DNA of 39,546 nt from a virus. Taxonomy: Duplodnaviria > Caudoviricetes. The stretch is from positions 1-39,546 of the IMG/VR virus record IMGVR_UViG_3300010381_000015. The stretch is one strand, 5' to 3'. Below the pieces are notes generated by a model. That model searched no databases. It had not been told where the DNA came from and worked only from the letters and a program-made list of their open reading frames with translations. Below, in pieces: positions 35,593 through 39,546 of this stretch. Position numbers and translations under genes: made by a program. Numbering within the stretch: position 1 is the stretch's first letter; each line of letters opens with the position of its first letter.

Positions 35593-36267
35593 TTAAATCC
35601 GCCTCCGGACGAATATGATGGGCGCGATGGTTTCGATCTCCTGGGACAACGTGTCGATAAAAAACTCTTTTCGGACAGGTCCGACAGCCGGCAGCCAACC
35701 CTTGAACCGCACATAGTCCGGTCCAAGTTCGTGGCTGACACCCAGGAAGACCTTGATCGTGGCCAGCCCGTCCCGCCGGCGGACATAGACGGCATCGCCG
35801 GCCAGCACCTGCTGGTCCGGATCGCAGTAGCAGATATGGCCCGGCGCGATGCCGGCCGGCACCATGGATTCGCCGGCGGCTATGACGGCCACCATGGAAT
35901 CGGTGACCAGGAGCGTTGCCGACGACGCTATAGGCATGACCTGCTGCCACCCCTCCACTCCGCAGGAGGCCAACCCCAGCACGGGAACCGGCCTGGCCGG
36001 CGGGCGCAAGCGTTGATGTGGCTGCGGCGAAAACGGATCCCCTTCCCCTGTCACAAGCCACCTATACTCACATCCGAGTTTTTCGGCGATCACGGCCAAG
36101 TCGTCGGCCGACGGCCATTGCCCTTTTTCCCACTTCTGGGTTTTACCCTGCGTCAACCCCAGGCAACGGGCCAAGCCGATCTTTGTCCGCCCGAACTCCT
36201 TAGCGTGCTCGGTGGATAAATATTTTTTGTAAATTGTTTCGTAGCCTTGTGACCAATCACGCGGCAT
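35593..36267 (-). CDS. CI-like repressor (HTH plus S24 autopeptidase)
   Basis: HTH 'LARCLGLTQGKTQKWEKG', 'WLVTGEG', 'GLASCG', 'GESM', 'ATIK'; divergent from the cro-like gene. Confidence 0.88.
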   Translation of the reverse strand: MPRDWSQGYETIYKKYLSTEHAKEFGRTKIGLARCLGLTQGKTQKWEKGQWPSADDLAVIAEKLGCEYRWLVTGEGDPFSPQPHQRLRPPARPVPVLGLASCGVEGWQQVMPIASSATLLVTDSMVAVIAAGESMVPAGIAPGHICYCDPDQQVLAGDAVYVRRRDGLATIKVFLGVSHELGPDYVRFKGWLPAVGPVRKEFFIDTLSQEIETIAPIIFVRRRI

Positions 36268-36293
36268 AAAGCGCCCTTCTGCTCGAAAAGTAG

Positions 36294-36320
36294 TTGACCT
36301 AAACTCTGATTGGAGTTTAG
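36294..36320. promoter_or_regulatory. Candidate immunity operator abutting a -35 element
   Basis: TTGACC at 36294, then CTAAACTC-N6-GAGTTTAG at 36299-36320 in the cI/cro spacer. Confidence 0.65.
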
Positions 36321-36385
36321 AGCCGGCATTAACAACAGCCGATAATCCGCACGAGCTAGAGGCAACAGCCTGCACGAGGGAAAAC

Positions 36386-36652
36386 ATGGAATCAGCGAAG
36401 CCAGTAACCCTAATTGAGTTGTCAAGGCAAGAGCGCCTGATGGTGGTCATGGGCCGTCTGGACTTGACGTTCCGGAAGCTGGGAGAGCTGGCCGGCATCA
36501 CTGGTCTGAATGCCGCCAAGCATCTCAAATCCGGATCCATCCCGCCCCATCACCATGCCATCTGGGCGCAGGTGCTGCCGGAGGACGTCCTGCCGCCGGC
36601 TGTGCATCATAAGCCCGGTCCCAAGCCCCGCGCCGAAAACAGGGCCGTTTAG
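36386..36652 (+). CDS. Cro-like HTH protein
   Basis: Divergent from cI; 'TFRKLGELAGITGLNAAKHL'; GAGGG RBS. Confidence 0.65.
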   Translation: MESAKPVTLIELSRQERLMVVMGRLDLTFRKLGELAGITGLNAAKHLKSGSIPPHHHAIWAQVLPEDVLPPAVHHKPGPKPRAENRAV

Positions 36653-36719
36653 ACGCCGGGTTGCGACAGTAGGCCATTTCGCACGTCCTGTACCACGCTA
36701 AATAGACAGGAGATTTCGC

Positions 36720-37172
36720 ATGCCGCGCTACGAGTACCCCGACATCAGCCCGATCCTGCACGCGCTGGTCAAGCGCGCGCCGTCCGGCCTGGGTGCGCAG
36801 ACCGTCGCCAACATGCTGGGCTGGCGATACGCCACCATGATGAGCGAGTTGTCCGGCCAGCCCGGGCACAAATGCGACGTCAACAAGCTGCTGCCGGTGA
36901 TGGACATCACCGGATCGGACGAGCCCATGCATTTCCTGGCTCGGGAGATGGGCGGCGTCTTTATCCGCCTGCCCACCATTGAGGATGGCGACAATCCGGT
37001 GCAGCAGCAGTGCCTCATAGCGGTCAAGGAGTTCGGGGAGCTGATCGCAGCCTGCGCCGAAGCCCTGGCCGACAACACCATCGAGCCGGACGAGCGGGCC
37101 CGCATCCTGAAAGAGGGGCATGAGGCCGTGACCGCCATCATGGCGTTGCTCACCAAGGTGGAGACGGACTGA
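36720..37172 (+). CDS. Phage regulatory CII-family protein
   Basis: AGGAG RBS; HTH N-terminus; 'KEFGELIAACAEALADNTIEPDERARI..E'. Confidence 0.8.
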   Translation: MPRYEYPDISPILHALVKRAPSGLGAQTVANMLGWRYATMMSELSGQPGHKCDVNKLLPVMDITGSDEPMHFLAREMGGVFIRLPTIEDGDNPVQQQCLIAVKEFGELIAACAEALADNTIEPDERARILKEGHEAVTAIMALLTKVETD

Positions 37173-37644
37173 TGGACGGGCCGCGCGTGGCCTGCCCAGA
37201 GGGTCAGGGCACGACCGATCGCCGGCGCTGCTTTGACTTGGCGCTCACGCGTCCGGCCTGCTGGCGCTGCCCGATCCCGGTGGCTCTTATCGCCCACGAC
37301 GGCGAGGATGCCGTCAACCGCGCCGCAGCCGCGTGCCTTTCTCCCCTGCTCTCCTGCCCCTGGACGCCGCCCGCGCTGCAAAAGGCGTCTCGTGGAGCCA
37401 TCCCGCGCGCCAAGGCGCTGTCCCTGGCCATCCGCGCCTACCTCGTCAAACACCCGCACACCGAACGCCTGTCCACAACGCCGTGCCCAATGCCGTGGAC
37501 GCGCCGGACGCCAAGGCCCTGGCCGCCCTGCTGCGCCGGCAGGGATTGCCCCTGGAATGGAGTAAGGGACGGCCGTTCCTCAAAATTTCCGACCATGTCC
37601 GGGCGTTCGTCCGGGCCTACGTCAAGGACAAGGAGGCCGCATGA
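37172..37644 (+). pseudogene. Frameshifted hypothetical gene (break at ~37474)
   Basis: 5' part is coupled to cII and the 3' part, in the -1 frame, is coupled by ATGA to the next gene; typical codon usage switches frame at 'ctgtcc|acaac'. Confidence 0.55.
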
Positions 37645-38009
37645 TCCCCCGCGAACGGACCTGCATACTCGCTTGGCTGATTGAGGGCTTCTTGGCTTGG
37701 AAGCGCAACGGGACCTCGCCGCCGGCGTCAGATCTGGCAGCTACACCGGAGAGTCCGCGCGAGAGTGCCGTCTCGTATAAGGCTGCAAAGCTCCGCCACG
37801 ATCTGGCCCAGGCCTGCATGGATGCGGACAACTACGCGATCTCGTTGCGCGACACCATCGACGCTGGTCTTCCGAGCGTGACGATCACGTCTGGACCGGC
37901 AATGGGCTCGACGGAATCCATGATGCGCGAGTGCCTGCGCCTGGTCGGCAGCCTCGAGGTGGCGCAACACGCTCTGCAGCGCCTCGAGGAGATGGGAGCG
38001 CAGCCGTGA
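37641..38009 (+). CDS. Hypothetical protein with an N-terminal helicase-derived segment
   Basis: AAGGAGG RBS; 'ILAWLIEGFLAWKRNGTSPPASDLAAT'. Confidence 0.7.
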   Translation: MIPRERTCILAWLIEGFLAWKRNGTSPPASDLAATPESPRESAVSYKAAKLRHDLAQACMDADNYAISLRDTIDAGLPSVTITSGPAMGSTESMMRECLRLVGSLEVAQHALQRLEEMGAQP

Positions 38010-38395
38010 TTACCATCGAATCCGTGCAAAACGGCGTGTTGCTCGACGCCGGCGGCCGCCGCATGGTGTACGAGCTGCGTCCCGGGCGGCGCACACAGGC
38101 CGTGCATGACCTGCTGGCCGCCGTAGCCACGGAACTGGCCGCCGGCATCGAGGTCCGTATTGAGGTCCTGGATCCGCGCGGCCAAGATACGCCTGTCACC
38201 ATCCGTCCACAGAAACGATCCCTCAACGCTGAGGATATCGAAGCCGAATACGGCATCCCGGCCCGGACCCTCGAGGACTGGCGCGCGTCGGGCAAGGGCC
38301 CGCCCTACGTCAAGCCGGGCAAGCGCGTGATCTACCTGCGCGAGGATTTCGAGGACTTTTTACGCGCGCACATCGTGACATCGGGCAGGGGCTAG
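38006..38395 (+). CDS. Excisionase-like HTH (AlpA/Xis) protein
   Basis: 'IPARTLEDWRASGKGPPYVKPGKRVIYLREDF'; convergent with the integrase. Confidence 0.8.
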   Translation: MITIESVQNGVLLDAGGRRMVYELRPGRRTQAVHDLLAAVATELAAGIEVRIEVLDPRGQDTPVTIRPQKRSLNAEDIEAEYGIPARTLEDWRASGKGPPYVKPGKRVIYLREDFEDFLRAHIVTSGRG

Positions 38396-39546
38396 TCGTC
38401 ATGGTCTGGATCAAGCAGCGCGTCATCGATGATCTGCAGTTTCGACCGACCGCCTCCAGGAATGAGGTGTGCGTAACGCAGCGTCATCTCGATGCGTTTG
38501 TGTCGCATCATCTCCATGAGCTCATGCAGCGTGACCTGCCCGGACTGGGCCAGCCAGCTGGCAAATGTGTGGCGCAGGGTGTGGAACCGGACGCGCCGGC
38601 GTTTGTCCGTGACCCCATCGTTCAGGCCAAGCTCTCGGACAACGCGGTCAAATGTGCTGCTGATGCCCCACGTGATCTGCCCGCCGTTTTCGTCCTGAAA
38701 CAGGTACTCATGGGGTTGCCGCCGATAACCGGCCAGGATCCGCATGATGTCCGCCGGGGCCGGCACGGACTGGGGCTCGCCGCCCTTGGCCCGGATATGG
38801 ATGATGCGACCGGCGCAGTCCAGGTCCTGGCCGGTTATGCCGAAAATTTCCGTGGCTCGCAGTCCGGTCTTGAGCGAAAGCAGGGCCATGTCATGCACTT
38901 GCTGGGAGCGCCGGGCAAGCGCGACGAGCAGGTCGCGCGTCTCACGCCTGGTCAGGTAACGCGTAGCCTGGTTGTCCGCTCGCGGGAGCTTGAACGGACC
39001 ATGCCGTTTCACGGCGAAAGGATTCTCCCCCTTCCACAGCTCCAGCTCAATGGCGTGGTTGACGGCTCGTCGCAGCAGCCCGAAACAATGGCGCACAGTT
39101 TGCGCCGCCATCTTGCGTCGCAGGGACGCTTTGACGTCCCAGAGCATTTGCAGTGTGACGGCATCAATTGGGACAGCGTCGAACCTCGAGGCGAGATGCA
39201 GGTCATAGCGGGCGCGTTCCGGGCCCACGCGCTTGCCTTCCCCTTCGGCCCAGCTGAGATAGCGCGCGACCATGCTGCCGACGGTCATACAAGCCGCCGG
39301 AGCATCCTCGTGGCTTGCCTTTACGGAGTCGTCTGCCTTGCCCGTGAGCAACCGAGCGCGGGCATCAACACCGTCGGTGGGCCGGACGCCGTCGGAATGC
39401 CAACCGACGGTGTGCCAGCGGACCTTTCCCGCGCTGTCCCGGTACCACACGACATAGCACCGATCCGCTCCGTAGGAGCACTTTCTGGTGGGGCTCTCCC
39501 GGTAGAAGACGCCTGTGTATCGCGTTTTGATGTACTTCCCGGCCAT
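38392..39546 (-). CDS. int: Tyrosine recombinase / phage integrase
   Basis: 'TGLRATE', 'FHTLRHTFASWL', 'RHK...MTLRYAHL'. Confidence 0.95.
   Translation of the reverse strand: MAGKYIKTRYTGVFYRESPTRKCSYGADRCYVVWYRDSAGKVRWHTVGWHSDGVRPTDGVDARARLLTGKADDSVKASHEDAPAACMTVGSMVARYLSWAEGEGKRVGPERARYDLHLASRFDAVPIDAVTLQMLWDVKASLRRKMAAQTVRHCFGLLRRAVNHAIELELWKGENPFAVKRHGPFKLPRADNQATRYLTRRETRDLLVALARRSQQVHDMALLSLKTGLRATEIFGITGQDLDCAGRIIHIRAKGGEPQSVPAPADIMRILAGYRRQPHEYLFQDENGGQITWGISSTFDRVVRELGLNDGVTDKRRRVRFHTLRHTFASWLAQSGQVTLHELMEMMRHKRIEMTLRYAHLIPGGGRSKLQIIDDALLDPDHDD

Larger units (their letters stand above)
1..39546. mobile_element. Temperate siphovirus/prophage, near complete
   Basis: Contiguous replication, packaging, head, lysis, long non-contractile tail, immunity, xis and int modules; att sites not seen in the window. 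Confidence 0.95.

Noticed and set aside
1-39546. CRISPR array, tRNA/rRNA genes, IS elements, att sites
   Set aside because: No regularly spaced repeats, cloverleafs, transposases or terminal direct repeats seen by eye; the window ends at start codons, so att sites would lie outside

Overview
The window is an apparently near-complete, GC-rich temperate siphovirus (prophage) of about 39.5 kb. It runs from the ATG of a P4/D5-type helicase at position 1 to the ATG of a tyrosine integrase at 39546; no att sites are visible. A deltaproteobacterial (Desulfovibrio-like) host is my impression only. Gene order: replication (D5 helicase, iteron-rich spacer, Zn-ribbon/TOPRIM primase); ParB-fused amino-methyltransferase; a Nu1-like small terminase; a 4-kb nucleotide/DNA-modification block (HD hydrolase, Gp37/Gp68, MazG-like fusion, ASCH, C5-methyltransferase); lambda GpA-type large terminase; head genes; lysis genes (two holins, a lipoprotein-like SLT endolysin, spanins); tail genes with a -1 frameshifted chaperone and a tape measure of about 2000 aa; umuDC; lysogeny cargo; cI/cro/cII; xis; int. 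The most notable observations are: (1) a C5-methyltransferase split over two fully overlapping reading frames (EcoHK31I alpha/beta type) with three TRD-like repeats; (2) two adjacent segments of the helicase C-terminus reused as domains of two unrelated genes; (3) an AT-rich ADP-ribosyltransferase-like moron next to a long hairpin; (4) a 9-bp direct-repeat array in front of the head operon, near a Xis/BldC-like HTH gene; (5) a lipobox-anchored endolysin; and (6) an early operon apparently cut off from the replication genes by int/att. All protein calls come from recognising motifs by eye; no searches were run.
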